Shown in pieces: positions 1 to 9,526 of a DNA stretch of 40,408 nucleotides. The stretch is from IMG/VR virus record IMGVR_UViG_3300032280_000539, positions 1-40,408 of that record. One strand, given 5' to 3'. The notes under the pieces are model-generated. The model made no database searches and was not told where the DNA came from. It was given only the letters and a program-made list of their open reading frames with translations. Numbering within the stretch: the first letter of the stretch is position 1; the number at the start of each line of letters is the position of its first letter. The DNA is from a virus (Duplodnaviria > Caudoviricetes). The position numbers were made by a program, and so were the translations under genes.

Positions 1-34
1 CCTTACATTCCTCAGGACCCACTAGGGTAGAAAC

Positions 35-700
35 ATGCTGACGATCGACCACATCACGGACCTTGGGTATAAGGTTGACGAGGTCGCGCCTAGGATCTAT
101 CTTGTTTCAAACTTTGCGACGCCCGGTGAGATCGCAACTTTGCACGAAGAAGTTAACAGCGCCGCTGAAGAAGACTGGAGTCACAGCTACCTGGGGGAAA
201 CAAGAAAGCATGCTCTTGCAAAGTTTGGCCGCGACGATTTAGAAAACTTAATTGCTGAAGGTCTTCTTGAAGTCACTGACCACTTTGCTGACAAGACTCT
301 TCGCATCAAAGATGACCAGCTGCGGCTAACATTGCAAGACAGAGCAACAGAAATCTTCCAGCAAGCTGGAGACCTGGAGTTCACAGGTTTCATGAATCAT
401 CAACGTTTATATCCCGGCAGCCACCTCACTGCGCACTTCGACCAGTACTCTGACAAACTAGTTCAGTACGCTGGAGTTCTTTACATCAATGATGACTACG
501 CTGCCGGGGAGGTCTTCTTCCCAACGTTCGAACTTTCTCTGCGTCCAGCACCTGGTGCACTTTTAATCTTCCCGGGCACCAAGGAGTACATGCATGGCGT
601 CTATCCTGTTGAGGAAGGGCCCACTCGTTACGTGCTGCCGGCGTTCATTAAAACCAGGCACCCTGATGGTTCAATGGCGGGCTGGGGAGATTTCGGGTAG
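35..700 (+). CDS. 2OG-Fe(II) oxygenase (prolyl 4-hydroxylase-like)
   Basis: HxD (AHFD), YINDDYxxGE, distal His (YMHGV) and Arg (TRY) motifs; leaderless start TAGGGT-N6-ATG. Confidence 0.85.
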   Translation: MLTIDHITDLGYKVDEVAPRIYLVSNFATPGEIATLHEEVNSAAEEDWSHSYLGETRKHALAKFGRDDLENLIAEGLLEVTDHFADKTLRIKDDQLRLTLQDRATEIFQQAGDLEFTGFMNHQRLYPGSHLTAHFDQYSDKLVQYAGVLYINDDYAAGEVFFPTFELSLRPAPGALLIFPGTKEYMHGVYPVEEGPTRYVLPAFIKTRHPDGSMAGWGDFG

Positions 701-709
701 GATAGACTT

Positions 710-1573
710 GTGAACTTACGTAAAAAGAAAGATCCGGCCGCCGCGGCAGAACTTTTCATCAAGACTGCGCAGCAGTACTTGGGCTACACTGTTGACTTGG
801 GCGGACGCAACATCTTTGGCCAGAAGGTTGGCTACGACGCACAGCCTTGGGCCGGCGCATTCATTGACGTCTGTGCAAAAGATGCGGGCCTGCAGCTTCC
901 TTCTTTTGTTTACACCCCGGCGGCGCTCGCAGAATTCATCCGGTCCGGGAACTTTTCACGAGAGGCGCGGCCAGGATCTATCGCGATCTACAACTTTTCA
1001 TCAAACGTTGGACATGCAGCAGATGCATTCGGCATGCCACACTGCGGCGTGGTTGTTGATGTTCGTGAATTCTCGGGCACGGGACGGTTCATTGCTGTTG
1101 AGGGAAACACTGAAGGAACGGGCGTCTATCAAAAGAAGGACGGCGTGCACCAAAGGATCCGAACAATTAACGACGTTGTCATCTTCTGCCACCCGAACTT
1201 CAGCAACGGGGCACCGGCCGGTAAAACTTTTAACGAAAGATTAATGGCCTGGATGGATCGCGGCCGCACAGAGTTTGACGGCTCGGATTACGCAGAGATT
1301 GCTGCCGCAGCAAAGCAACCGGTTAAACTTTTAATGAACGGCGAGATCAAGCCAGGGGATCGTAACAAGAAGATCGAAACAATTCAGCTAGCGCTAGCGA
1401 CGGTGACGGACCTTCGCGGCGCGGAACCAGGTAAGTGGGATTCAATAACCGCAGCGGCGTGCTCTCGTTATCAACGGATGATCGGGTTCGTTGGGAAAGA
1501 TGTGGACGGCCTGCCTGACGTAAACATGCTTCGACGCTTAGCCAAGCAGACGGGACTGTTCAAGATTGATTGA
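710..1573 (+). CDS. Endolysin-like protein: CHAP-type amidase domain plus C-terminal peptidoglycan-binding-like domain
   Basis: AQQYLGY...PWAGAF...HCGVV...VEGNT; C-terminal IQLALA...G.WDSIT..A...YQ...VDG; usual catalytic Cys position is Ala. Confidence 0.7.
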   Translation: MNLRKKKDPAAAAELFIKTAQQYLGYTVDLGGRNIFGQKVGYDAQPWAGAFIDVCAKDAGLQLPSFVYTPAALAEFIRSGNFSREARPGSIAIYNFSSNVGHAADAFGMPHCGVVVDVREFSGTGRFIAVEGNTEGTGVYQKKDGVHQRIRTINDVVIFCHPNFSNGAPAGKTFNERLMAWMDRGRTEFDGSDYAEIAAAAKQPVKLLMNGEIKPGDRNKKIETIQLALATVTDLRGAEPGKWDSITAAACSRYQRMIGFVGKDVDGLPDVNMLRRLAKQTGLFKID

Positions 1574-1751
1574 TGACCGCGCCCACAGAGACGGACACAG
1601 GTACCCTGAGGTAGAGACGCCAATAATCCTGACGGTGTACACCAAGAGCCCACGTAAGTGGTTGCTGCTCGATCGCGAGACCGGCGAGTCTTACGAAGGG
1701 AACGAGACGGGAAGCTGGGACAAGCTGCAGCCCAAGGAGAGCGATGCCTAA
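1566..1751 (+). CDS. Hypothetical protein
   Basis: 61-aa ORF overlapping both neighbours in operon fashion. Confidence 0.6.
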   Translation: MIDDRAHRDGHRYPEVETPIILTVYTKSPRKWLLLDRETGESYEGNETGSWDKLQPKESDA

Positions 1752-2094
1752 GGAATTCAACCTAGAGAACTACAAGTACGTAGAGGAACATCTTCTTTAC
1801 AGTGAATGGTTGGCCAGGTACCAGCCGCAGCAGAATCTTTTGATTCCTCATTCGAAGTTTGCCGGATGCTTGTTCGAACACGACGGCGCGCAGTGGGAGT
1901 ACATCAGAGCGCTGCCAGTTCAGTCTCTGTGGACCCTCTTCAGAGCCGAGGACGGGCGTCTACTGATTCGTAACGGCCTGACTGTCCGCGGTCGACTTGG
2001 CTACTTCGTTGGCGGCGTCGGACACAACGCGCACGGAACAATTATTGTTGACTACGTGCCGGAACCAGATCCGGATCCCCTTCTTAACTTTTAA
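1744..2094 (+). CDS. Hypothetical protein, paralog of 2947..3303
   Basis: Shares YSEW..Y.P.QN, FE..G...EY, WTL, RLGY.V; AAGGAG SD. Confidence 0.7.
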   Translation: MPKEFNLENYKYVEEHLLYSEWLARYQPQQNLLIPHSKFAGCLFEHDGAQWEYIRALPVQSLWTLFRAEDGRLLIRNGLTVRGRLGYFVGGVGHNAHGTIIVDYVPEPDPDPLLNF

Positions 2095-2174
2095 CGGACC
2101 GTTCGAAGTAGCGGCCGCCGGCATGCAGCGAGCGCCGATTTGCATCGACGGCCTGCCTTAGGTATACTGACGGC

Positions 2175-2609
2175 ATGTATGACGACACCGTATCCCTAGC
2201 AGAAGCAGCACGGCTTGCCCACGTAACCAGGGGAACTATTCAACACTGGTTGCGAACGGGACGGCTTGCAATTGATCACGTTCCTCCTAGATCTGAAGTT
2301 GCGAAGGCCCGCAACAAGCATGTGACCAGACCGTTCGGCACGCGAGTACGGCGTGCAGATGTACTGGCCTGCAGCTTTACACAACGGATGCGTCAGCTGA
2401 AGGATGAGCACCAGGACCTGAATCTTTTAACGGTTCGTGAGTTCTCGAACGCGTGCTCCAGAAACCAGGAGTGGGCTTACAGAATGGTCAGAAAGTTCAA
2501 GCTGCAGAAGTATTACGTAGACAGTGTCACGTATCTTGTGTCCGGACGGGAGTTCTGGGAGAAAGCTCAAGACGACCCCTACTACGCACAGTTGTTTTTA
2601 AAGAAGTGA
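2175..2609 (+). CDS. Helix-turn-helix DNA-binding protein (excisionase/MerR-like)
   Basis: VSLAEAARLAHVTRGTIQHWLRTGRL; leaderless TATACT-N6-ATG. Confidence 0.7.
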   Translation: MYDDTVSLAEAARLAHVTRGTIQHWLRTGRLAIDHVPPRSEVAKARNKHVTRPFGTRVRRADVLACSFTQRMRQLKDEHQDLNLLTVREFSNACSRNQEWAYRMVRKFKLQKYYVDSVTYLVSGREFWEKAQDDPYYAQLFLKK

Positions 2610-2626
2610 GCTGCTATAGTTGCAGT

Positions 2627-2917
2627 ATGAATAAATGCGATTGCAACGACTACAAACTTTTCATGTGCTGGGATTGCGCGGCGTGCACTAACTGCATTGG
2701 CGAGTACTACATGGTCCATGATGACTTATGGGAAGCAGCAACTGAAGACTGCTACCCAGATGTGATGCTCTGCATTAGGTGCCTCGAAGCGCGGCTTGGT
2801 GAACTTTTAACGAAAGATGACTTCACAGCTGCGCCACTAAATTCCATGAACCTCATCATGGGTTCGACACGCCTAAAAGATAGGTTGACAAAAGTAGTGG
2901 CGTCTGCTACTTTTTAA
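2627..2917 (+). CDS. Cys-rich hypothetical protein (start revised from 2453)
   Basis: TATAGT-N6-ATG at 2627; CxxC pairs, EYYMVHDDLW, LCIRCLEARLG. Confidence 0.7.
   Translation: MNKCDCNDYKLFMCWDCAACTNCIGEYYMVHDDLWEAATEDCYPDVMLCIRCLEARLGELLTKDDFTAAPLNSMNLIMGSTRLKDRLTKVVASATF
2885..2913 (+). promoter_or_regulatory. sigma70/SigA-type promoter
   Basis: TTGACA-N17-TACTTT with extended TG. Confidence 0.7.
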
Positions 2918-2946
2918 TCACACACACACAACGAAAGGGGCACCAC

Positions 2947-3303
2947 ATGAAATACTCAGAGTGGGAAGAGAAGTACAAGCCAATCCAGAACCCGTTCATG
3001 ACTCACGAATACACCATGTTCGAAACCTATGGCGAGGAGATGGAATACGTAAAGCAGGCAGACCCTCTAAAGGTTTGGACACTCATCGATGGTGAAGGCA
3101 CCACTGGTATTTATAGCGGCGCGCACTGGGTGAATAGGCTCGGCTACTACGTAACTGAGATGCCATTCAATGAGGGCGAAGACATCGAAGTCATCACCAG
3201 CACTGAAGAAGAATGCAGCTGCTATAACGAAGACACCTGCGAAGGCGACCCAGACTGCGAACACTGCGAAGGTTCGGGTTGGAAAATAATTTTTCCAGAC
3301 TAG
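2947..3303 (+). CDS. Hypothetical protein with C-terminal Zn-finger-like segment
   Basis: GAAAGGGG SD; CEHCEGSG. Confidence 0.75.
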   Translation: MKYSEWEEKYKPIQNPFMTHEYTMFETYGEEMEYVKQADPLKVWTLIDGEGTTGIYSGAHWVNRLGYYVTEMPFNEGEDIEVITSTEEECSCYNEDTCEGDPDCEHCEGSGWKIIFPD

Positions 3304-3360
3304 TTGCGAATGACACCAGTATCTGCTACATTTTAAATACCAAAACGAAAGGGGTTCCAA

Positions 3361-3483
3361 ATGGAACAACAAGTTACAGAGTGCGCGTGTAATAACTGCG
3401 TAGAAGAAGAGCTATACACCAGACTCTATTGCGAAGATTGCTTCGACTTGGGTTGCTCAAAGACAGACGAGGACATGCACTGA
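3361..3483 (+). CDS. Small Cys-rich protein (40 aa; not in ORF track)
   Basis: GAAAGGGG SD; MEQQVTECACNNC...YCEDCFDLGC; TGATG coupling to next gene. Confidence 0.65.
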   Translation: MEQQVTECACNNCVEEELYTRLYCEDCFDLGCSKTDEDMH

Positions 3484-3671
3484 TGAAGAGGCAAGTTCAT
3501 TTTGTAGTATGCGCTGACTTAGACAGCGAGACTTGGTGGGTCGAGGATACAATTCCTTTTCACATGGATGGCACAGATACATGGAATGTGGACACAGGGG
3601 AGTTTGAACCCACTGATGCGGAAGACCGCTTCAAAGCACTAAAGATACTAAACAAGGGAAGGGAAAGCTAA
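3483..3671 (+). CDS. Hypothetical protein (start revised from 3429)
   Basis: TGATG overlap; MKRQVHFVVC. Confidence 0.6.
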   Translation: MKRQVHFVVCADLDSETWWVEDTIPFHMDGTDTWNVDTGEFEPTDAEDRFKALKILNKGRES

Positions 3672-4138
3672 TGGGACTAGACATGTATCTAAACGCTCGC
3701 AAGTTCTTGAGCGGCTATGACCACAGCAAGGATGAAGAGAAGGAACTCTTTAAACTTGTTACCGAAGCTATCGGCGCGGGAGACATACACGACGAACGCC
3801 ATGCCACCGTTTCGGTGAACGTTGCATATTGGCGTAAGGCAAATCACATCCACCACTGGTTTGTTCTGAATGTTCAGGACGGCGAGGATGACTGCAAGGA
3901 ATACTATGTGACTCGCGACCAGATACGCGAACTCGGCGAGCTGTGCCAACGGGTCTGCGAGAACGGAACCGCCGAGTATGCACAGGAACACCTGCCAGTA
4001 GCAACGGGGTTCTTCTTCGGTAGTGAAGAGTATGACGAATACTACTTTGAAGCAACCGACTGGACATCGAAACGGCTTGCTCAAGTGATGAACTCTGCTT
4101 CGGACAAGTTCGACTTCTACTACAGCTCAAGTTGGTAA
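3671..4138 (+). CDS. Phage hypothetical protein (MGLDMYL / YWRKAN type)
   Basis: MGLDMYL...YWRKANHIHHWF...GFFFGS..YDEYY...YYSSSW. Confidence 0.8.
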   Translation: MGLDMYLNARKFLSGYDHSKDEEKELFKLVTEAIGAGDIHDERHATVSVNVAYWRKANHIHHWFVLNVQDGEDDCKEYYVTRDQIRELGELCQRVCENGTAEYAQEHLPVATGFFFGSEEYDEYYFEATDWTSKRLAQVMNSASDKFDFYYSSSW

Positions 4139-4142
4139 CGGC

Positions 4143-4355
4143 GTGGCTGAGACCAGAAAGCTAATGGCTGACATCGTGCGGCTTGCTAAGGTCAACGGGT
4201 GGGAAGTGTCTCTGACAACACGGGGACACTACCGCTTCGTTTCCCCAGATAAGAGCCAACCGATAATCCATCTAAGCGGCACGCCCTCTGACAAGAAGAC
4301 CTACATCTGCGGGGTTGCCCAATTACGGAGACACGGCCTGCCAATACCCAGGTAG
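4143..4355 (+). CDS. HicA-like (dsRBD-fold) toxin family protein
   Basis: GWEV...RGHYRFVSPD...TPSD...LRRHG. Confidence 0.6.
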   Translation: MAETRKLMADIVRLAKVNGWEVSLTTRGHYRFVSPDKSQPIIHLSGTPSDKKTYICGVAQLRRHGLPIPR

Positions 4356-4409
4356 ACGGCGAGCGCCGTCCTCAAATCAACGGACGGCGTGCGCTGTATC
4401 CTTGTAGCT

Positions 4410-4712
4410 ATGCGCTCACTGGAAGTTCACGTATTCGAGACGGATAGGGACATTGACCTTGCTCTCAATGCTGGAGTAGTCCTACCCGAACAAATCGCCA
4501 GAACGGAGTGCGTTGAGTGCGAAGAGCCAATCTGCTACTCAGGGGGTGCTGACGAGTTCTGCCCGTTCGTGCTAATCATTGACGAGAACGACCAAGACTG
4601 GGCACTGTGTGAGGAATGTGCTAGCCCGATCGTTGATTATGTGGACGCTTTCTTTCCACCAGTTGTGAAAAGTCATTTCTTGGCAGACTCTGACGACCTC
4701 GAATACTTCTAG
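4410..4712 (+). CDS. Acidic Zn-binding hypothetical protein (start revised from 4389)
   Basis: TATCCT-N7-ATG; CVEC and CEEC. Confidence 0.65.
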   Translation: MRSLEVHVFETDRDIDLALNAGVVLPEQIARTECVECEEPICYSGGADEFCPFVLIIDENDQDWALCEECASPIVDYVDAFFPPVVKSHFLADSDDLEYF

Positions 4713-4828
4713 GTCAATAGTTATTTTTTCTGTGTAGTTATTTTTTCTGCGACACTCCATAAAAAAATTTCCCTAATGTCGCATACTCCTGTATAGTTGG
4801 TCTTACCACAAAGAAAGGGGTTGCCCGA

Positions 4829-5347
4829 ATGGGTATGGATGTTTATGGGAAGAACCCGAAGTCAGAGGTTGGCACTTACTTCCGTAGGAATGTATGGGGC
4901 TGGCATCCACTTTGGGACTATGTAGAGAATCAGCACCCAGAGATTGCGGAGTTGGTCGAACACGCTCACTCAAATTCTGGAGATGGACTTGGCGCTAGGA
5001 ATAGCAAAAAGTTAGCCAAACTTTTGATGGACGACTTCACCTCTGGAAAAGTTGCCGAGTATGTCGCCGAGCGAAACAAGCAACTTTCCGAATTGCCATT
5101 CGAGGAATGCCGACTCTGCGAGGGGTCTGGAATCCGAACTGACCAGATTGGCAAGAGTGCTGGACAGCACAAGAAAGAACTTGACCCAGACATCTCTATT
5201 ATCGTTGGTCGCACCAAAGGTTGGTGCAATGGCTGTAATGGAATTGGCAAGGTCGAGGATTGGGCAACCAACTACTACCTAGAGCCAGATGATGTAAAAG
5301 AGTTCGCTGACTTTTTGGCAGAGTGTGGTGGCTTCGAGATTTGCTAA
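4829..5347 (+). CDS. Hypothetical protein with DnaJ-type CxxCxGxG zinc finger
   Basis: CRLCEGSG and CNGCNGIG; AAAGGGG SD. Confidence 0.75.
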   Translation: MGMDVYGKNPKSEVGTYFRRNVWGWHPLWDYVENQHPEIAELVEHAHSNSGDGLGARNSKKLAKLLMDDFTSGKVAEYVAERNKQLSELPFEECRLCEGSGIRTDQIGKSAGQHKKELDPDISIIVGRTKGWCNGCNGIGKVEDWATNYYLEPDDVKEFADFLAECGGFEIC

Positions 5348-5392
5348 TCCCCCATTAGCAAACACAACCTGAGCAAGTTGTAAAACTGCTCA
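5341..5392 (+). ncRNA. 3' structured element: C5-loop hairpin followed by H-type pseudoknot
   Basis: TTGCTAAT-CCCCC-ATTAGCAA; ACAAC/GTTGT stem with loop TGAGCA pairing to downstream TGCTCA. Confidence 0.5.
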
Positions 5393-5549
5393 CCAACTTT
5401 TTATGGGGCAATAGTTATTTTTTCTGGTAAATCTTCCGTTACCATTTCGTTATAAACTTTTTATGGAAACGATTTGACAAGTGGCAAAAAGTCTGGTTTA
5501 CTCTAGGGGTAGCAAACGCTACGACACAACACACGAAAGGGGTAGCCAA

Positions 5550-6170
5550 ATGGCAACCACAGCAACACCTAAGTTAGTAGGCAAGGCACTCTACCTAGAG
5601 TTGGTAGCAGACCCTACTATGGATTCAGACAAGATTCGCTCGCTAGTTGGTTGGTATGGCGACAAGGCAGTAAAGCAGATTATCGTCTTTCCGCAGTATC
5701 AGGACGACACAGGCAAGATTTACGAGCCAGCCATTATGACCAGAATTGTGTCACCACACAGCCCAAAGGCACAATGGGATAGGGATATTATGGAAAGCAG
5801 AGGGCGACTAAAGCCAGCAGAGCCAACAGACCCAGATTCATACCACAAGGACTATGTGGACTACAAGACCTACTCAAAAGCAGAGTGGGACGAATTGACT
5901 GACAGAGAAAAGCACGATTCCAGAGTAAGGTCGCTTGACCTACTGCTTCGCTCAAAGATTATTAGTTCGTCTTACGAGGGCGAGGGTGTTGAGCGAGCAG
6001 AGGTAGCAGGGCAGGGTTGGGTAGTTCGTGACAACAAGCCATTCTCGGTAGAAACTACTGACCAAGACCTAATGGAAGTTCACAGGGATTGGAAAACACC
6101 ACAGGCAGTTATTCGCCGAATAAATAAAGTTCGTGGAACACTTGACAAGTTCCCCGAAAAACTAGCATAA
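5550..6170 (+). CDS. Hypothetical protein (start revised from 5481)
   Basis: GAAAGGGG SD before ATG 5550; TTGACA upstream. Confidence 0.7.
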   Translation: MATTATPKLVGKALYLELVADPTMDSDKIRSLVGWYGDKAVKQIIVFPQYQDDTGKIYEPAIMTRIVSPHSPKAQWDRDIMESRGRLKPAEPTDPDSYHKDYVDYKTYSKAEWDELTDREKHDSRVRSLDLLLRSKIISSSYEGEGVERAEVAGQGWVVRDNKPFSVETTDQDLMEVHRDWKTPQAVIRRINKVRGTLDKFPEKLA

Positions 6171-6206
6171 TTCACTTAGATACGACACAACGAAAGAGGG
6201 AAACCA

Positions 6207-7271
6207 ATGTATCTCAAAAAAGTAGTCGCAGAGGCGACAGCACCAGTTCTAGCCACACTTGATTATGACAAGTTGGTTGAGCAACTAAGCACCAGCGTTA
6301 CCTACGCCAGCGTGGGAGTTACGACTTCGATTCTGGACGACCTACTTCCAACAGCAGGTCGAGCCACTATCCGAGCCAAGTCTGGTTCTGGTTCTGGTTC
6401 TACCACAGCCACTAAACTAGAGGACGAAGCAGAGCCAGTTCGACTAGAGGAAACTATGGAATCCACGACAGCACTAGAGGGTGAGGAATCTTACCCACGA
6501 CCTAATGGCGACCTTTACTATGGGCGCAAGTGGGGCGAGAATACTGATGTCGAGGTTCTACGCAAAGCCAGAGAAGCCAACCAGTTCGTAATGCTTTATG
6601 GCAACGCGGGGACAGGAAAGACTGCTATGGTCGAGGCTGCTTTTCCAGAGGAACTTTATACGATTATCGGTTCTGGCGATACAGAGGTTGCCGACCTAGT
6701 TGGTTCTTATGTCCAAACCCCAAGCGGAAAGTTCGAGTGGGTGGACGGAGTTTTGACCAAGAGCGCTATCGAGGGCAAAGTTCTACTGATTGACGAAATT
6801 GGTCTGATTGACCCAAAGGTTCTGGCAGTTGTCTATGGACTAATGGACGGACGAAAAGAGTTGGTCATTACCCAGAATCCAGAGCGAGGCACTATCAAGG
6901 CACAAGAGGGTTTTTATGTTGTTTCGGCAACCAACCCAAATGTGGCAGGTGTTCGTTTGAGCGAGGCACTTCTATCTCGATTCACCATTCAGGCAGAACT
7001 GACTACTGATTGGGGACTTGCCAAGAAACTTGGAGTGCCACAGACAGCGGTTGTCGCCAGCCAGAATCTTGCAAAGAAAATGGAAAATGGTGAAACCAGT
7101 TGGTCGCCACAAATGCGTGAACTTCTAGCGTTTCGTGACCTAGCCAAAATCTTTGGAACTAAGTGGGCAGTCCAAAACTTGCTTGCTTCCGCACCAGAGA
7201 TTGACAGACCAGTTGCAAGTGATGTCTTTACCAGAGTGTTCGGAGAGGCAATTCTTCCAGCGAAGATTTAG
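6207..7271 (+). CDS. MoxR/CbbQ/NirQ-family AAA+ ATPase
   Basis: Walker A GNAGTGKT, Walker B LLIDE, SATNP, ALLSRF. Confidence 0.9.
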   Translation: MYLKKVVAEATAPVLATLDYDKLVEQLSTSVTYASVGVTTSILDDLLPTAGRATIRAKSGSGSGSTTATKLEDEAEPVRLEETMESTTALEGEESYPRPNGDLYYGRKWGENTDVEVLRKAREANQFVMLYGNAGTGKTAMVEAAFPEELYTIIGSGDTEVADLVGSYVQTPSGKFEWVDGVLTKSAIEGKVLLIDEIGLIDPKVLAVVYGLMDGRKELVITQNPERGTIKAQEGFYVVSATNPNVAGVRLSEALLSRFTIQAELTTDWGLAKKLGVPQTAVVASQNLAKKMENGETSWSPQMRELLAFRDLAKIFGTKWAVQNLLASAPEIDRPVASDVFTRVFGEAILPAKI

Positions 7272-7395
7272 TGGTAGTTGTGTCCCACTAAAAAAGTGGG
7301 GGAGTGTCAAAAAGTTTTTTTGGAAATGGACTTGACACTCCCCAACACTTATGGTTTACTAGACACAAGACAAAGCCAGATGAAAGGGAAAGCAA

Positions 7396-9261
7396 ATGGC
7401 ACACTACAAAGTAAAAGGGAAGTCAAGACTTACCAGTCGCACAGCGACAACCAATCCAGAGTGGTTGGCAGTATGTTCACAGATTGGTCGCCTAGTAAAC
7501 GATTGGTCTTGGAGAAGTGACCTAGCGGTTTATGGTGGAGAAGATTCTGCCGAGGGTCAAGCAGTCGCCGCTTTTTATTCAGACATAGCCGAGATTGAGA
7601 TAAACATTCCAAAGGCTTTCGGAGAGGCAATACCAGCCAATCTGGTTGGAAACCTATGCGACAGGGCAACTCAATACGAGTTCCCAATGGTCACAGGAAT
7701 CCTATTCCACGAAGCGTTACACGCTCGCCACACGAATTGGGACATTCCAAGATTGCTAGAGGCACTTGACCAGACAGAGAGCCAAGCCTTTATGTTGCTA
7801 GAGGAATCTCGTATCGAGGCAAAGGGTGTCAAAGAGCGACCAGAAAATCGCCTATTCCTACGCACTTCCGCTTTGGAAATGGCGTTGGAAGATGTAAACA
7901 GCCAGACCCTAGAGAGCGTGGGTAGCGACCTATGGCAGACAGCGAACCTAGCAGGTCTGTCCATTTCCAGAGTGGATTCAGGTGTCCTAGAGGTCGCCGA
8001 CATTCGAGAGATTTACGACTTGGTTGTTTCGGTTATGGGCAAGGAATTGTTTGACGAACTACGCAAAGTTTGGATTGAGTTTCAGTCACTAAGCGTTCCA
8101 CAGATTGAGCGAGCGATTGAGTTGGCTAAGAGGTGGGTCGAGTTGCTACGAGAGGCAGACCCAGAGGGCGAGCCTAATGGTGGCGGTCACGCTTTCGGAG
8201 AGCCAGACGAATCTGGCGAGGGCGAGGGCGAGGGCGACAGCGAGGGCAAGTCTGGCGAGGGCAGGTCTGGCGTTATGAAGAAACTAATTGAGCAGTTGTC
8301 TGATAGTGCTTTCGATACAGAACTCAATGCCAATGATTCTCTAGGCGACCAAGAAACCAAAGAGAAGTGGGACGAGGAAGTAAAGGCTCGCCAGCGTGAA
8401 GCCAAGAACACGAACTCACGCAAGGCACAAGCCAAAGAGGTCTTTCACAAAGAACACAACCAAGAGGGCGGTAATGGTTCAGGGTCGAGAGTGGACACAC
8501 GCAGACAGCCCACAGGTGCAGAGCGAGCGAGTGCAGTCCAGATTGCCAAGATGTTAGACAAGGCAAAGTATCGTGAGCGTTCAGTTCACACCCGAAAGAC
8601 CCAAGCACCAATGGGCAAACTGATTATGCGAAACGCTATCCAGAATCAGGCGTTGGAATCTATGGGCAAGCGTGGCGACTTGCCAGCGTGGAAGTCCAAG
8701 AGCCGAAAGCACACAGACGACCCGACACTAAGGCTCGGAGTTATGGTGGACATTTCAGGTTCTATGGGTTCGGCTATGGAATCTATGGGACAGACGGCGT
8801 GGATTATGTCCGAGGCAGGTCGCAGGATTCAGGCAGAAACCGCAATGATTTATTACGGAAGCGGAATCTTCCCAACGCTAAAGCGTGGACAGCGATTGTC
8901 CGAGGTGACGATTTACACCGCACCAGACGGAACAGAAAAGTTTGCCGAGGCGTTCGAGGCACTTGACGGCGAACTTGGATTGACTTTCGGGGACGGCGTG
9001 AGGATGTTGGTTATCGTTTCAGACGGCAATTACACACCGAGCCAGACCGAGAGAGCCAAGCAGATTCTCGCAGAGTGCAAAACTAACGGCGTGGCAGTTC
9101 TATGGATTACACCGAAGAACTGCTACTCATACGGAGCAAAGGAAATTATTTCGAGTTCGGCGTGGGGAGTTCACTTGGACGACCTAGACACCGCCCAGAT
9201 TGCCACGCTAGTCGGAAAGTCGGCGAGCGAAGCATTAGCGAGGGTGGGAACACTCACCTAA
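7396..9261 (+). CDS. VWA-domain protein with N-terminal HExxH motif (CobT/NorD-like MoxR partner)
   Basis: HEALH, LEESRIE, acidic Gly linker, MIDAS DISGSM and VSDG. Confidence 0.85.
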   Translation: MAHYKVKGKSRLTSRTATTNPEWLAVCSQIGRLVNDWSWRSDLAVYGGEDSAEGQAVAAFYSDIAEIEINIPKAFGEAIPANLVGNLCDRATQYEFPMVTGILFHEALHARHTNWDIPRLLEALDQTESQAFMLLEESRIEAKGVKERPENRLFLRTSALEMALEDVNSQTLESVGSDLWQTANLAGLSISRVDSGVLEVADIREIYDLVVSVMGKELFDELRKVWIEFQSLSVPQIERAIELAKRWVELLREADPEGEPNGGGHAFGEPDESGEGEGEGDSEGKSGEGRSGVMKKLIEQLSDSAFDTELNANDSLGDQETKEKWDEEVKARQREAKNTNSRKAQAKEVFHKEHNQEGGNGSGSRVDTRRQPTGAERASAVQIAKMLDKAKYRERSVHTRKTQAPMGKLIMRNAIQNQALESMGKRGDLPAWKSKSRKHTDDPTLRLGVMVDISGSMGSAMESMGQTAWIMSEAGRRIQAETAMIYYGSGIFPTLKRGQRLSEVTIYTAPDGTEKFAEAFEALDGELGLTFGDGVRMLVIVSDGNYTPSQTERAKQILAECKTNGVAVLWITPKNCYSYGAKEIISSSAWGVHLDDLDTAQIATLVGKSASEALARVGTLT

Positions 9262-9270
9262 GCCCAACGG

Positions 9271-9394
9271 ATTGCCTACCCAGAGGTTGAGCGAACCCAG
9301 AAGTTACCCCCCTTTCTTCTGACCCTAGTTCCCAACGGATAGGTAATAGAAGCCCCTACCAACACTTTCCCCCCTTTAGGTTGGTAGGGGTTTC
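9271..9394 (+). ncRNA. Candidate sRNA/3' UTR with two C-rich anti-SD loops
   Basis: Loop TTACCCCCCTTT (9304-9315) on CAGAAG/CTTCTG stem; loop ACTTTCCCCCCTTTAG (9364-9379) on a 15-bp stem. Confidence 0.55.
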
Positions 9395-9502
9395 GCCTTT
9401 CTGCCAGCCCCAAAATCGTGACAAGTCAGTTTCAGGATCCGGCACCAGGTTCCGCCGGACTGCCCAACTTTTTACGAGTCATAAAATGTCCAAGACCAAT
9501 CT

Positions 9503-9526
9503 CCAGACCCAGACCCAGACCCAGAC
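9503..9526 (+). repeat. Hexamer tandem repeat (CCAGAC)x4
   Basis: Directly visible just upstream of the 15-mer at 9531. Confidence 0.9.

Noticed and set aside
4143-4355. Complete HicAB toxin-antitoxin module
   Set aside because: Neither neighbour resembles HicB, and lone HicA-like genes are common in actinophages
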